63,530 bases of DNA, filler included, from 10 parts of 10 records of this genome joined end to end with filler, not necessarily neighbours in it, one strand, 5' to 3'. Positions 9,396 through 21,689 are shown, counted from the first letter of the whole stretch. Numbers and translations are program-made. The notes: generated by a model from the sequence alone, not told the origin.

Positions 9396-11489
9396 TTACA
9401 TCTCATCATCTTGCCCATCTTCTTCTGCAAGGGTGTTTGCCAGTTCAGCCTCGTCCTTCTCTCTTTGCAAGCGTTCCTCTGCCAGCACAAAAAGGACATT
9501 GTGAGAAGCCCAACAAACAAAGTGCCAGAGAGCACCTGCTGATTCAAAACTGTCTTTATGAGCATCCTCTGGATAGCGCATAGCCTTGACAGCGTCGTCA
9601 TGGATGCCCATGCAGAACCTGGAACCCGTAGCCTCATAATTTGCACTAGGCTGAACATATCTGCATCAAGAACAGTGATTTGAGCACCTGATGCGCTTTT
9701 TAAACGCCATGTATGGTTCATCGCTTGCATACACATCAGCTGTTTCCTGGACATACCATCTGTCAGAATTACAGGGCTGGAAATAATCACATTGGATTGC
9801 AGGAATGCGCCATCATAGTCAACAATACCATCGACGACACCATCTCTGATGGCCTTGGCAACTATGCAAGAGGTGGCTTCAAGTGACTCAAATTGGAGCT
9901 TTTTGCAAATGTCTTCCAGTGAAATCCTGTATATAGCACACTCAGAGTCCATGCAGCTGCAAAAAGCGCGGAACCTGGAATATGATACATTGATCATGCG
10001 CAATCCTGCCTTAATCACATTATGCCTCAGCCGCACGATCAGATTCTGAATCTTATCCTTGGCAAACACAGATCCGAACTCAGTTCCCACCTTGTTAAAC
10101 ATCTGCCGTCCACAATTTAGGATTGGCAATTCGATTTACAGCCTACGCATGGGACTCACCGCCAAATCGCCGAGCCGGACTGCGTGGGTCAGAGCCAGGT
10201 AAGGCTCGAGTTTGACTCTGAGACCGTGCTGATTGAAGAAGGTTCTCTCCGGCACTTCACCCATCAATAGTTGTACCACAACCAGCCACTTGCTCACAAC
10301 CGTTCTGAACCCCAGAGCCTTTTGCTGGGGGCACTTTCGAGAGGCCTGACGCAGCCCACATGAGTGATGGAAGATGAAAAGGGATGAAAGGGCTCAAATC
10401 AGGGAGGCCGGTAGATTTCAAACCTGCAGCAGCGACATGTATGCCTCACTATACTCGAGTTGGATGGCCCGGATACGACCGACATAATACAAATGCCGGG
10501 ATGTCTCGTTGGGATTGATCTGTACAGCTCGTAAAGTTGGCATCAAGGGTGTAGCACCTCAGGGAAGCTCGTTTTTGAATTGAAATTGTCTGCCTGCTCG
10601 TACAGATTCGACTCGACGTAGTTCCTCATGATCAGGTTGTGCAGGGTAGCTTGGCCAATCTTATCATGCCGAAGAGTCGCCTGGAACAGAGCAACTCATG
10701 ATGCCAGAGATGCCTAGAGACCGTGCGGTGCGCTGCCAACAGAGCGCGACGGCTGTTGAGCCCGTCCCCATTGCGCTCACAGCAAAGCGCCCACAGATAA
10801 TGTGCACGCGCCGCCAGTGGATCCAGCGATATGCAGGCATTGCTGGTCACATACTCGACCAGTGTATTGGCACAGGCCATCTGCGCACCCCATCAGCCAG
10901 CTGCCAGCAGGTCGAAGTCACAGCAGCATCGTCGCGCTGATCAATGAGGAACTCGACGACCATCAGCTGCACGAATGTGTGCACTTCGACGAGCTCAGCA
11001 CCCGTGACCTACATCGGTGGTTCGGGGCTCGCAGCGGTGCGCTCGTACCTTAGGCTGCTGATCTCCCTTCTCCTCCGATATGTCCATGGCCTGTTCAGTC
11101 ACAGTCGACCCAGGATCAACGGCCAGGATGCGCACCGACGTGCTGCTTTTCAGCGCACCGAGCAGTGAGCCGTGCAGCGAATTTGACTCATCAAAGGTTC
11201 GCACCACCTGCATTCGGCGGCCTCAGACTAGGTGCAATGCCCGCTGTGTCACGCACCGCAGTCCTCAGGAAATCTGGGCTCAGGCGTGCACGCATAGACA
11301 CGAGGTTGCGCAGCGCACGGACTGTCGACCGTGGCTCTTTGGTGCGCACCGCCTCCTCGATCAGTGCAGCGTTGCTGTCGAGGTCTGCCCCAACCCCGGG
11401 GTAACCCATTCATACGGGGGCGGCTACCCACCGAGCCCCTCAGCCTTGGCCGCCGTGTCTTGGCCCTGCTTTTCATCGGCTGACACCAT
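9396..11489 (-). CDS. PSMD3: 26S proteasome lid subunit Rpn3/PSMD3, many short introns
   Basis: [55 protein letters not shown], acidic end EEDGQDDEM. Not all exon borders were resolved. Confidence 0.92.
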
Positions 11490-11652
11490 CGTGGTCACTC
11501 GAAGCTGTCTACTCGAAGCCAGCCCGGCGAGCAACGGACAGCAAGACGATCTTCGACGGCTTCTTCCGAGCAGCAGGGCTGCATAGCACGCGGGGCGGGT
11601 GTCCCACCGCTTGACTTTAAGCGCGATGACGGACATGCGCAGGGGAGGAGTA

Positions 11653-12257
11653 ATGTCGTCGGTTGCGGCGCTCCGGAGCATGTACGATCGTGAGATCAAG
11701 TCGTTCCAAGACGCGCAAAAAGGTGGTAGTGCGGGCGACGGGCTGGTGAGGCGCGGGTGTGCTGGCAGAGCTCTCCGGGCTCCAGACGCAGCGGCAGCAG
11801 CTCACGGAGCAGATATCAGAGAATTCGATGGTCATGGCCGAGCTCAAACTGCTCGATGTACCTGCCGTTGCCCGCACCCAACCGCTGACCGGGCACCGTG
11901 TGCAGGACGAATCGGAAGTCTTCAAGCTTGTCGGGCCGGTACTGGTGCCTCAGGTGTGTCCGCCCGGCTGTGCTTCTTGGCCAGTGCGGGAATCGTGGCG
12001 CAGGATCAGGCCGAAGCTAAAGCCAACGTAGACAAACGGATCAGCTACATGAGGACCGAAATGTACGTCTTTGCACTGCCGCGCCTAATAAAATTGCTCG
12101 TCTGGATGAGATTGAAGCCACACCTTGATTACGAGCATTTTGCAGGGAAAAGTGCGATAAGCGGATCGCCGAGAAAGGCAAGGAACTAGAAGAAAACCAA
12201 CAGAAGGTGCTCGGGTTGCAGCAGAAGATGCAAGAGGCTGCTGCCAGTGCAAATTAA
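11653..12257 (+). CDS. PFDN6: Prefoldin subunit 6, 4 GT-AG introns
   Basis: Spliced sequence: QQLTEQISENSMVMAELKLLD|DESEVFKLVGPVLVPQ|DQAEAKANVDKRISYM. Confidence 0.93.
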
Positions 12258-12737
12258 TCGCATCAGAAGTTAGAAGGCTGTGGCTCGACCTCGATTGACT
12301 TCTAAGTGTAAAGGGGCTTCCGGCAGTGCACCGTTCTCAACAGAACTCATTGTAACACGCTGAGATCGTCATTGTGGGTGTGTGGGTCGGTGGGTACAGT
12401 ATTCCCTGCACTCGTGAGGCTTGAGGATTAATTAAATCTATTGACGATGTTAAATCTACTGAGGATCCTAAATCTTCGACTAGGTAATTCAAATGAGCGC
12501 TCTACGGAGGGTTGATCAATCAGCTCTAGATACATAGTACTCTAGATCTCACACTCTCGCACTCTCAACACACGTCAACAGTCACTCAACAATACCGGTA
12601 CGTACGAGTACATGATTGTATAGGCACATAAGTTTGTNNNNNNNNNNNNNNNNNNNNNNNNNNNNNNNNNNNNNNNNNNNNTTAATTAATTAANNNNNNN
12701 NNNNNNNNNNNNNNNNNNNNNNNNNNNNNNNNNNNNN

Positions 12738-14083
12738 CCCGACTTTGGCCAGCTGGACCGATCGGGGATCCCGTCCGTCTTCGACCGGTTCGACCGGAAC
12801 AGGGACGGGGTGATCGATCGCTCCGAGTTCCGCGCTGGCCTCGCCCGCCTGCCCGCAGCCCAACACCCAGAGCCAAACCGGCCCCAACCGATTTCGCCGA
12901 CCTCGCTGCAGCGGGCGCTGGACGAGAATGACCGGCTGCGGCGTTCGCTGCACGCTGCTGCCCCACGGTCGGTGGCTGACTGGCAGCAGCTGGCGGACCG
13001 GGCTGAGCAGCCGACCGGAGATAAGCCCACTGGCACCTATAACTCGTTCTTCGCCAAGGCACGCCCCGGCGGCCCAGCCGGCTGCTGAGCCGAGCTGTCA
13101 GGCGCTGGGCGATCGGGCGACCCTGCAGGGGCAGCGGGCGGGGCCCCCGGGTGGATCTCTGCAGAGCTCGCGCTCCGTTGGTGCCGGCGAGCCTGCCCCA
13201 CTGCGCGACCTGCCGGCCCGCGCGCCAGAGCCAGCCCTGCAGCCGGCAATCGAGGTCCGGATCGGCCGGTTGGGCTGAGCCCAAGGTGGCAGGGGCCGGC
13301 TGGAGGCTCAGGCTTGAGCAAGCTGGCGGTGATTGAACAAGCATTGGCACAGAACGAGCAGCTCCGGGCGCGGCTCAGGGCCACCCGCGAGGCTCAGAGC
13401 CAGTCGAGGGCCCCGGCCCAGTCGGACAGCCTGTCCAGGAGCTGGGAGGCGCAGGACCGGGCAAAGGTGCTTGTGCAAGAGGCTCAGGCGTCGCAAGAAA
13501 GGGTCTCGGTGGATGCAATCCGGTCGGAGCTCCAGCAACGTGTGAGCGACGTTACAACTGACAAAATCCGGTCGGCGCTGCAGGCCAGGTGCAGGCTAGG
13601 TCGGGGCCTGATGCTAATCGGGGCCGCAGCAGCAGGAGCCCGGCTCGTGGAAGGGCGGCGGGGCTGCAGGAACAACTTCAGGAGCGCGACGCAGTGATTG
13701 CTAAGATGAGGCTAGAGATCGAGGCGTGCGACTCTAAGGCGACCTTCGCAGCCGGTCCTGGGCTGAGCCCAGCGCAGATTAACGAAGTAATAGACTCGTC
13801 GGAGGCAATAGTCAAGGCTTCGCTTGGTACTGGCTGCCAGCGCGGAGCACCAACTGAGTGTGGCGCGGCAGCCGAGCAGCAGCAGCAAGTTGAGAGCTTG
13901 CAGCAGCAGTTGGAACACGCCAATCATGTGATTGAGACTGAGCGGTCCCATCTGAACTTTGCGCTAGAGAAGCTAGGGATGCGTAGGCTGGACCTGCTCG
14001 AGTCAATGTCGACCGGGCAAAGCCAGCCGAGCCCCAAGGTCGAGATCAGCGACTCGGCGCTGTTCCGAAACTGGGCGAGGTGA
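12738..14083 (+). CDS. EF-hand + coiled-coil hypothetical protein, 5'-partial, spliced
   Basis: FDRFDRNRDGVIDRSEF EF-hand; coiled-coil exons; GC-AG intron 13058-13101. Confidence 0.6.
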
Positions 14084-14286
14084 TGGCTCGGTACCTAGTC
14101 GCACAGTGCCGATTCGTTGATCTCGAGCTCGGGGCTACAGTATTGATGCGCTTATTAGAACCGCAAATTCATGAATTCAGGTGAGCGGTGGTCTACGGAA
14201 TCGATAGAGTGGAAGTTGTGAATTTAGTGTGAATTATACATACATATGTACCTGTATGTGCAGCACATGATTATGTGCCTAATTGA

Positions 14287-15494
14287 TTAATCCAACAGGC
14301 ACATGCCACCAGTGGGGTGATCCGGAGCGATATCTAAATTGCTCAAGGCTTGCATCTCAGACGAGCTAAGCTCCCAGCCAAACAACTCAAGGTCGCCTGC
14401 CATATGAGTGGGGTTGGCTGTTGACACACACAGCGGATGTCCTAGCTGCCACACCCATTTTAGCAGCACTTGTGCAGTGCTGATGTTGTGCGCTGCCGCT
14501 GCCGCGAGCACTGGTGTGGCTTTGAACAACTGTGCGTCGCCGTGGCCCAGCGGCTGATAGGCCTGCATCGTGATCCCTTGAGAAGCAGTGTAGCTGACCA
14601 GCCCGCCGGGGTCTGGACCCATGCCAGCATGCAGCTTGAACTGGTTGACATGCGGCACGATGGTGGCTACCTGGATACGAGTAGTCATGCTGTGACACGA
14701 CGACAGCAAGGCTCAGCTACCTGCATGATGCACTTTAGACAGGGCGCACAGTAGTTGGCGACTCCAATTGCACGCGATTTGTTGGCCTTGTACATTGTCT
14801 CCAGGGCCAGCCACTGCTGCTGCATCATCCTACAAGGCTACACAGCCACCACTCAAAGGAGAGTTACCAGGCAGGTAGCCACCTCTGCCGCTGTGCAGTT
14901 GCAATTGTGCGGATATATCAGATCCTCGGCGGGGTTGCCCTGGCAGCCTTCCACCCAGCTGGCACCGGCGACGCAAGGTGGGCCATGCAGGAGCGTCAAG
15001 TCGACAGCTGGCACCTGAAGCTGCTCAAGATTCTGCTCGAATGCAGCCCGAGTCCCATTGTAGCAGTGACCCTCGAGCACAGGCGAGCGAGGATCCACAC
15101 TGTTACCGCAGTCCTCCACCTACGATCCACTGTGTCAGGGGCCCAGAGAGAGCGGGGTGTAATGCGGGGTTGCCTTGGTAGCCAGAAAGACCGACCGTGT
15201 GACACCACGCTGACGGGCCATCCGAATGCCTTGGGCCACACCGCGCTGGTTGCGGTAATGATTGGCGCAATCAATACCGGTGAAGCCCTGGAGCAGCCCG
15301 TTGAGCACAGCCTGTGCGGTGGAAGTATCGTTCAGCCAGGTGTCCGTGCCGGTCCCGAATAGCACAGCGGGCATCTTCAGCCCGTTGGAGAGGCTCACGG
15401 TCGGGATCGGGGCGACGGCGACGGCGAGCAGCGGGCAACCCAGCAGTAGCAGCACAAGCTGAGCCGGTGAACCCAGTGGTGCGCCTCGGGCCAT
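14287..15494 (-). CDS. Aldo-keto reductase with N-terminal signal peptide, 3 introns
   Basis: LSNGLKMPAVLFGT, IDCANHY, FLATK, DLTLLH, RAIGVANY, AQVLLKW; hydrophobic leader LVLLLLGCPLLAVAVA. Confidence 0.88.
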
Positions 15495-15533
15495 TACGGA
15501 CAAAGTAACGGATAAAAAGGGTTGCAACTTGCG

Positions 15534-16667
15534 ATGCAGGCAGCCGGAGCCGCGCACCGCAAATCATTCCTGCTTGTGCTGTTGGCGGTACTGGCGGTGC
15601 CCGTGTCTGGGCTCTCGCTGTTCATGCGCACCACGTGGCTGAGCAATGCCACGGAGTCACACGGCGACGTGGAACCGTCGGACTGGCGCAAGTGGTTCGA
15701 GCTCATCGCCCGCGGGCGGGCCGAGGGGCCAGAGTCACCGTATTACGTGGAGGAGCTGGCGCTGCAGAACACGGCGTGCTGCGAGAGTCACGCGGTCGGG
15801 TCCTACCGCGCGCTGGGCTGCCTGGGCCCCAAGTGCAGCGATCTTGGCCTGGAGCCGAACACGCTGCTGACGCACGAACTCGACCAGCTCAGCGAGTACT
15901 TCCACCTGTTCGACACCGTGTACGTGGGCACCACGACGTGGCAGGACTGGGACGGCACCAATGCTTCGAGCACGAGGCACTACGCCGAGAGGCAGGCGCG
16001 CGTGGCCCGGCAATTTATGGACCGCTACGGGCACCTGGAGGGTGCTGCCGGCGTCAGATTTGCATGGTACATCACGGATGAGGGCAACATGGTGTCCATG
16101 GGCACGGACAACGCGACGGCTGCCGTCTACGGCGCGTACGTGGCGGAGTCGATGGAGGCGCTCACCGCCGTGCACCCGCTCCCCTTTCTCTGGAGCCCAT
16201 TCAATGGCCACGCAACGGTCAACGCGTCGACACGCGAGCTGCAGCGGGTGGGCCTCGAGCGCATGCTGTGCGCGCTGCCGCACCCGCTCGCGATCCACTT
16301 CCAGGATTGCCTCGGCCAGTCGGTGTCCTTCAAGTTCCCCTTCACGTACGACTACACGGCGGCACTCACGTGCGAGGGCGACACGGTGCCGACATACGAG
16401 CTGCTGCGCAGCGTGCAGGCGGCCTGCCCCGCTGTGTTGAGGGAGGTCAAGGTCAACGCAGAGCTCTTCGCGGAGCGGCTGGCGCAGGGCACGGGATCGC
16501 GTGGCGAGGACAATGGCGCAAACATCGTCAACGCCGACCCGCGCGAGGTATCCGAGCGGCTGGCGTGCTACGCATCGCACGGTGTGCCTGTCGGCGCCTG
16601 CTGGGCCATCAACCACTGGCACTCGCTCTGGTCATACGCTAACGCGACGGTCTACGCCCCGTACTGA
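15534..16667 (+). CDS. Secreted DUF4434-like (putative TIM-barrel glycoside hydrolase) protein, intronless
   Basis: Signal peptide; motifs AWYITDE, LWSPF, FQDCLG, VNAELF in DUF4434-like order. Confidence 0.5.
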   Translation: MQAAGAAHRKSFLLVLLAVLAVPVSGLSLFMRTTWLSNATESHGDVEPSDWRKWFELIARGRAEGPESPYYVEELALQNTACCESHAVGSYRALGCLGPKCSDLGLEPNTLLTHELDQLSEYFHLFDTVYVGTTTWQDWDGTNASSTRHYAERQARVARQFMDRYGHLEGAAGVRFAWYITDEGNMVSMGTDNATAAVYGAYVAESMEALTAVHPLPFLWSPFNGHATVNASTRELQRVGLERMLCALPHPLAIHFQDCLGQSVSFKFPFTYDYTAALTCEGDTVPTYELLRSVQAACPAVLREVKVNAELFAERLAQGTGSRGEDNGANIVNADPREVSERLACYASHGVPVGACWAINHWHSLWSYANATVYAPY

Positions 16668-16840
16668 TGCTAACCTCCGCATATGCTACGCATATGCATG
16701 CAGCTCCCGAGTACTCCCGAGCGGCCCTCCCTGCACAGCCNNNNNNNNNNNNNNNNNNNNNNNNNNNNNNNNNNNNNNNNNNNNTTAATTAATTAANNNN
16801 NNNNNNNNNNNNNNNNNNNNNNNNNNNNNNNNNNNNNNNN

Positions 16841-17923
16841 TGCGGGCGCTGTGCACCTGGCGGTGCGCTGTGGCGATGATCGAGTCATCCCGGTATCGCG
16901 CTACAGCGGGGGTGTAGTGCGAGTGGGGGCAGGCGGCTAAACGAGTGCGCACTGCTGCAAGGGTACAGATTCAAAGTCCGGCAGGGCCTGGGCAGCCTGG
17001 TGCGCAACCAAGCGGTAAGCTGCGCTGCGTGTGTACCGCCGGAGCTGGCCATGCAGGCGCAGCACTGGCGCACGGAGCAGCTGAGTGCTGCGAGAGAGCT
17101 CGGGGAGTTGTGGGCGGGACAGCTGGTGGCCGGCCAATGGGGGTTGGCGCACCTCCCCGAGGGGCTAGAGCATGCACCTTGCTGTCTCGGTGAGCCACGA
17201 GCGAGGGGCGTGCTGAGCATATTGCAGGCTGTGCGGCCCAGTTCAGCCCAGGGCGGCTGGCGCTGGTCTGCAAGCTGCAGCACACCAAGGCCAACACAGC
17301 TGCCCCGTCTTTCTGCTCTCTCCACTGCGCCCAGCGCCCCAGTGTCTGGGCAAAGCGGCAGTTTGATGGGTTGCAAGCTGCATCGCAGAAGCGCATCCTC
17401 GGGTCGAGGGATCTTGTCTCCTGCACAGGCACAGTAATGGTGTCGAGTCTAGACCTGATCGAGCTTGGCAGGCGGAACCATGAACCAGTTCGTCAATCAG
17501 ACCCAGCGGGCAGGGTCAAAGGCGACTGTTCGGACTAGGCTCTTTGGTTTGAGGGCCAGCGAAGAAGTCAAGGGCACAAGTCATTATGTACTGGCGCAGC
17601 GGCGGTCAATGGAGGCGACTGCCTGCGTTGAAGAGGCAGTGGCTGCCGGTGAAGCGAGCCCTGAGCCCGCAGTGGAGTCTCCTGAGTCGAGCTCGCTATC
17701 TGTGGGATTTGCGCCGACCGAGGCAGCTGCTGGGCAGAAGATGCCTAGCCCCGATGCAGCTGCTGTGAGACTTGGCGAGTCACAGGCAAACGTGATGGTC
17801 ATTAAGATGGGCAGCGTCAACCTCAAGCGCGAGGAAACCCGGCAATCGCGGAAAGCGGAGGCCCGAAAGCGGAGATGGGGATTGAAAGCCGATGGTGTTG
17901 AGACATGCTCACAGATCGCATAA
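16841..17923 (+). CDS. Hypothetical protein, 5'-partial, exon structure unresolved
   Basis: Consecutive plus-strand ORFs with coding-like composition, followed by an AT-rich spacer. Confidence 0.3.
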
Positions 17924-18296
17924 TCGCTGAAAGGACCAGGATCTCACAAACGGCGAAACGACGGATGCATCTGACCAACACAACAAGCCATCCATCTCTA
18001 TTAACGTGGACTAGTTACTACTACGTCGAACTACGTAATACTTTGATGCGACAACGTCGAGAAGAGGTGCACTGCCGAGTGGGTAACGCCGCAATACAAT
18101 TATTGGACATGTAACATTACATGTATGACATTGCCTAGGTATTGCCTCAAGGACTTCACTCGAACTTTACTGTACTCGTATATACCGCTCTTTAGAACTT
18201 TACTGAACCTAGATAACCTCGACGGACTCAGTTCAAATAAAACCAATTAAAGCACGCATAGTGTTTATTATAGGCGCATACACATACGGATACGCC

Positions 18297-18965
18297 TTAG
18301 AAAGTGCTGTCGACCTTTTTGCCTTTCCCAACCCCCTCGTTGGTGATGATGTATCGATTCTCTCCATTCTTCCCCGTCTTTGAAGTGTAGATCTTGCACC
18401 ACTCCTGATAGTTGATCTTCTGATCGCCTGCAACAGCAGTGACCCTGAGCTGTCGACAGGTTTACGCACTGTCCCGATCCCAGGAGTCGAAGCTACCAGG
18501 CCCAAAGACGGCCTCCCACTCGGCCCTATCCACCACCCCGTCTGCCCGCAGTGAGCACCGCAGCTGCACGCCTTCGCGGCACCTCCGTTGGAGTCTAGCT
18601 CTTGGAACAGTTTGGCCCACTCCTTTTTAGACACGTTCCCTGAGTCATTCTGCCCCGGACGAGCTGCACCAGCCGCCCAGCCCTGCCGCACCTTGTCGGC
18701 GACATCGTAGCCCCTCCGGCCGATCTTGGCCTGACACCACTGGGTCTCCCGGCTCGCCTGGGGCTGGGCCGCACCTCGAATTCGCCTTTAGTCATGTGTG
18801 TGCCAGAGTACCGCCGGCCCTTCATGTTCCGCTGCCCAGCCCGCTCCAGGGGTCCCGACACGGTGGCACTCACATTCGCGCTCGCAATGTTATGGAGGCA
18901 GCCGTGGGAGCAGCTGTGGCCGGCCACTCAGCCATGCCCCTGGCCGGGCGCCACCCGCTGCCCAT
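18297..18965 (-). CDS. Small multi-EF-hand Ca-binding protein with N-terminal MGSGCS (myristoylation/palmitoylation-like), intron-rich
   Basis: ATG GGC AGC GG|intron|C TGC TCC; EF-like segments NDSGNVSKKEW, FQELDSNG..VVDRAEW and DQKINYQEW. Confidence 0.65.
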
Positions 18966-19054
18966 CGTCCTCCGCCCCCTGGATCCTTGAGGGCGCCGCA
19001 CCTCAGATCAGGGCCGCTTTGGGCCACAGGATCAAAAGTCCGTTATTTGATCAG

Positions 19055-19954
19055 ATGCTGCGGTGCTCGGGGGTGGTCGTGACGACGCTGCTGGCAGCGT
19101 CTCTGTCGTCGCCACCGGACTACCGCAGCACGGAGGAGCTCCATGCAGCGCCCGGCGGCGAGTGCCTGGGAGAGTTCCGCGGCCACCGTCACAGCCTGGA
19201 CTACTCGTACCACCGGCGCTACTCGGCAACCCGGCAGCTGCTACAGGACCGGATAGTCAGGCGGCTGCTGCGCGCCACCGTCCGGGACGCGCTCACCGGT
19301 GCCATCTGCGACCGGCCGGCTGGCCGGCCCTGGCTGGTCTTCACTGCCGGGCCGATGGGGGCCGGTAAGAGCAGCTTTTTGGGCTGGGCATCCGAGAGGA
19401 GACACTTCCCGCTGGCCGCGTTTGTGCGTATTGATCCGGACCAGATCCGGTCCGAGCTGCCGGAGATGGCAGGCTACCTGGCAGCTGCCCCGGAGGCGGC
19501 GGGCCGGCTCACCCAGAAGGAGGCCGGGATGGTGCAGGAGCTGGCGATGCTCGAGGGTCTCCGGCAACGGCAGAACGTGCTGGTGGAAGGCTCGCTTCAG
19601 GACAGGTCCTGGCACGCTCGGCTGTTTGCTAGGGTCCGGGCCGAGTACCCGGCCGTGCGGATTGGAATCTTGTACGTGACGTGCCGAGCGGAGGAGGCGT
19701 TATCTAGAGCAAAGCGCAGGGGAACGGGGACGGGTAGGGCAGTGCCAAGGCAGGCTGTGCTAGACTCGATTGAACGGGTGCCGCGGGCCGTCGAGGCGCT
19801 CTCTCCGCTGGTTGATTTGACGGTCACGGTTAGCACGGATGGGTCGGAGCCGGTGCTGACCACGGAAGGCGAGACTTGGGGCACCTTCGCCCGCCGGTGG
19901 GATCAGGCCTGCGTGGCAGCCCCGGACCTAGCCTCGAGCACGGCGCCTACTTAA
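19055..19954 (+). CDS. Zeta-toxin-like P-loop kinase domain protein, intronless
   Basis: VFTAGPMGAGKS Walker A, IDPDQIR, NVLVEGSL, RAKRRGTGTGRAVP. Confidence 0.8.
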   Translation: MLRCSGVVVTTLLAASLSSPPDYRSTEELHAAPGGECLGEFRGHRHSLDYSYHRRYSATRQLLQDRIVRRLLRATVRDALTGAICDRPAGRPWLVFTAGPMGAGKSSFLGWASERRHFPLAAFVRIDPDQIRSELPEMAGYLAAAPEAAGRLTQKEAGMVQELAMLEGLRQRQNVLVEGSLQDRSWHARLFARVRAEYPAVRIGILYVTCRAEEALSRAKRRGTGTGRAVPRQAVLDSIERVPRAVEALSPLVDLTVTVSTDGSEPVLTTEGETWGTFARRWDQACVAAPDLASSTAPT

Positions 19955-20643
19955 TTAAAAACCCTACATTTTAATCATTCGTGCGAGTACCGCCCTGTAC
20001 TGAGACCCTGATACCAACTCAGCGCCTTTGTTCACGATTTGATCCACTGGCTTACATCAACGTTGGACACCGAGTTACTGGTGGCATGGTTGCCTACAAT
20101 TGGGACACTTGACTGCACCGGCATCTCGAGTTCCAGTTGTGCGTCTTCAAGGGGTGAAAAGTGCAATGGACCCAGCCCAGTCAATTGAGTTGCGTGACTC
20201 AGCGCTTCAATTGCAGAGTCGATGAGCTCTCCGGGCGACCGCGGCAACGATCCTCGCCTCTCCTAGATCGCGACTTAAAGCGTCAACTTGCTCGGAGAGG
20301 CCCTGTAACCGTTGCTGTAATCGAGAGTTCTCTAGCTCCAACGCGGTTCTCTCAGCCTCCCAGCCCTTTCTCTGCTCCCCGACCCTTGCGTCCGCTTCCT
20401 CGGAGACGCCCCGATGCCTGACAGTCTAACTGCACCACCTTCCCCTTCTTTCTCAGTTTCGGATTTGGCGAGGGGGACAAACTCGAGACCCTCCCAGCTT
20501 TTGCCGGGTGTCTGAAAGCCCTCCAGGTAGCAACACCAGCAGATTTGGCCCCCGGCCGCATCTCCAGAGCTCTCAGCCCCCTGGGCTGGCTCCACTGTCT
20601 CTTCTCCAAACAGGTTGCGAGGTCCGTTAGTACTCGACCGAGA

Positions 20644-21434
20644 ATGAGCGACTCGAGCGAGGAGTCGAGCGAGGAGGAGGTGCAGCAGGACACACGGATC
20701 GGCCAGCTGCGGGCGTACATGGAGGACCAGCCGCCCGAGGCCTGCTGCACCTTCCTGGCTTCTCTCGGCACGGACGAGCTGCTGGTGCACGGCGGTATGA
20801 GCTTCGCAGGCGCCCGGCGATGAGCTCGCTAGGTATGAACTTCTACCCCGAGTTCTCGCTGGCCTACTTCGTGCTCATGGCCGCCCTCGAGCCGGCCAGC
20901 GACCTGCCGGCCGCGGTGCGCCGCCGGGCGGGTGTCCGTAACAGTGGGACAGGTCAAGCAGCACGCGCCGCTGTTTCGGGCGTGGAGCGCCGACGCGGCC
21001 CGGGCGCCGGCGGAGGAGACGCAGGCGATGCTGCTGGTGCGGCCCAGCTGCTGGAGGCGTGAGTGGGCGGCAGGTGGCGTTGGAGCTAGTAGTGATGACC
21101 AGCAAGCCGACCTGGATTCGGAAGTACGATCAAGTGCTTCGGGCAGTTTGGGAGAATGACGTGGCGGCCGACGAGCTGATCGAGGCCTGGCAGAATGACG
21201 AGAATGCGATGCAGAAGTGGTGCTGAGCTATAATCACGCCATGGCTGAAGCGTGTAGCCAGGTGTGGGCACGGCTGGAACCTGAATGCAGCGGTGCGTGT
21301 TATCTGTATTCTGGTGGATAGAGCCATGTGTAACTTGCTTGTTTGTGTGAGGAGGGTGCTGTGAACAGATCAAGGTGCGTGAGGCCGGGCGCAAGTTTGT
21401 GGATTGGATGCTCGCCGGCGAGAGCGAAGAGTGA
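20644..21434 (+). CDS. Stand-alone W2 (eIF5/eIF2B-epsilon C-terminal-like) domain protein, spliced
   Basis: VLRAVWENDVAADELIEAW and terminal KVREAGRKFVDWMLAGESEE* resemble the two acidic/aromatic boxes of W2. Confidence 0.65.
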
Positions 21435-21689
21435 TATACGCGAGTACTTACTCGTGAGTATTTCAGGTTATTGCCGTCTAGATAAAAAGAGCGAGCCCTC
21501 AATGGTCTCTTCGTTCTCGGTGAGGACCGCATCGCAAAGCCATCGCATGACCTTAATTGGTTTGTTCGTAAGTTCGTAGATCTAGATCCATCTACAGTAC
21601 CACGCTACCGTCAGACCAGCTGCAGTCCGGTCGAAGTTAGCTCAAAAATTGAACCTCTCGCAGACCAAGCAGACCACACTGCGGCAGCC

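Noticed and set aside
12420-12466. TGAGGA...CTGA as a C/D snoRNA
   Set aside because: Too short (~45 nt), imperfect C box and no recognisable guide; better explained as a TTAAATCTA direct repeat.
19055-19954. Zeta toxin as part of a toxin-antitoxin system
   Set aside because: No antitoxin neighbour, eukaryotic context, and stand-alone zeta-like kinases are common in protists.
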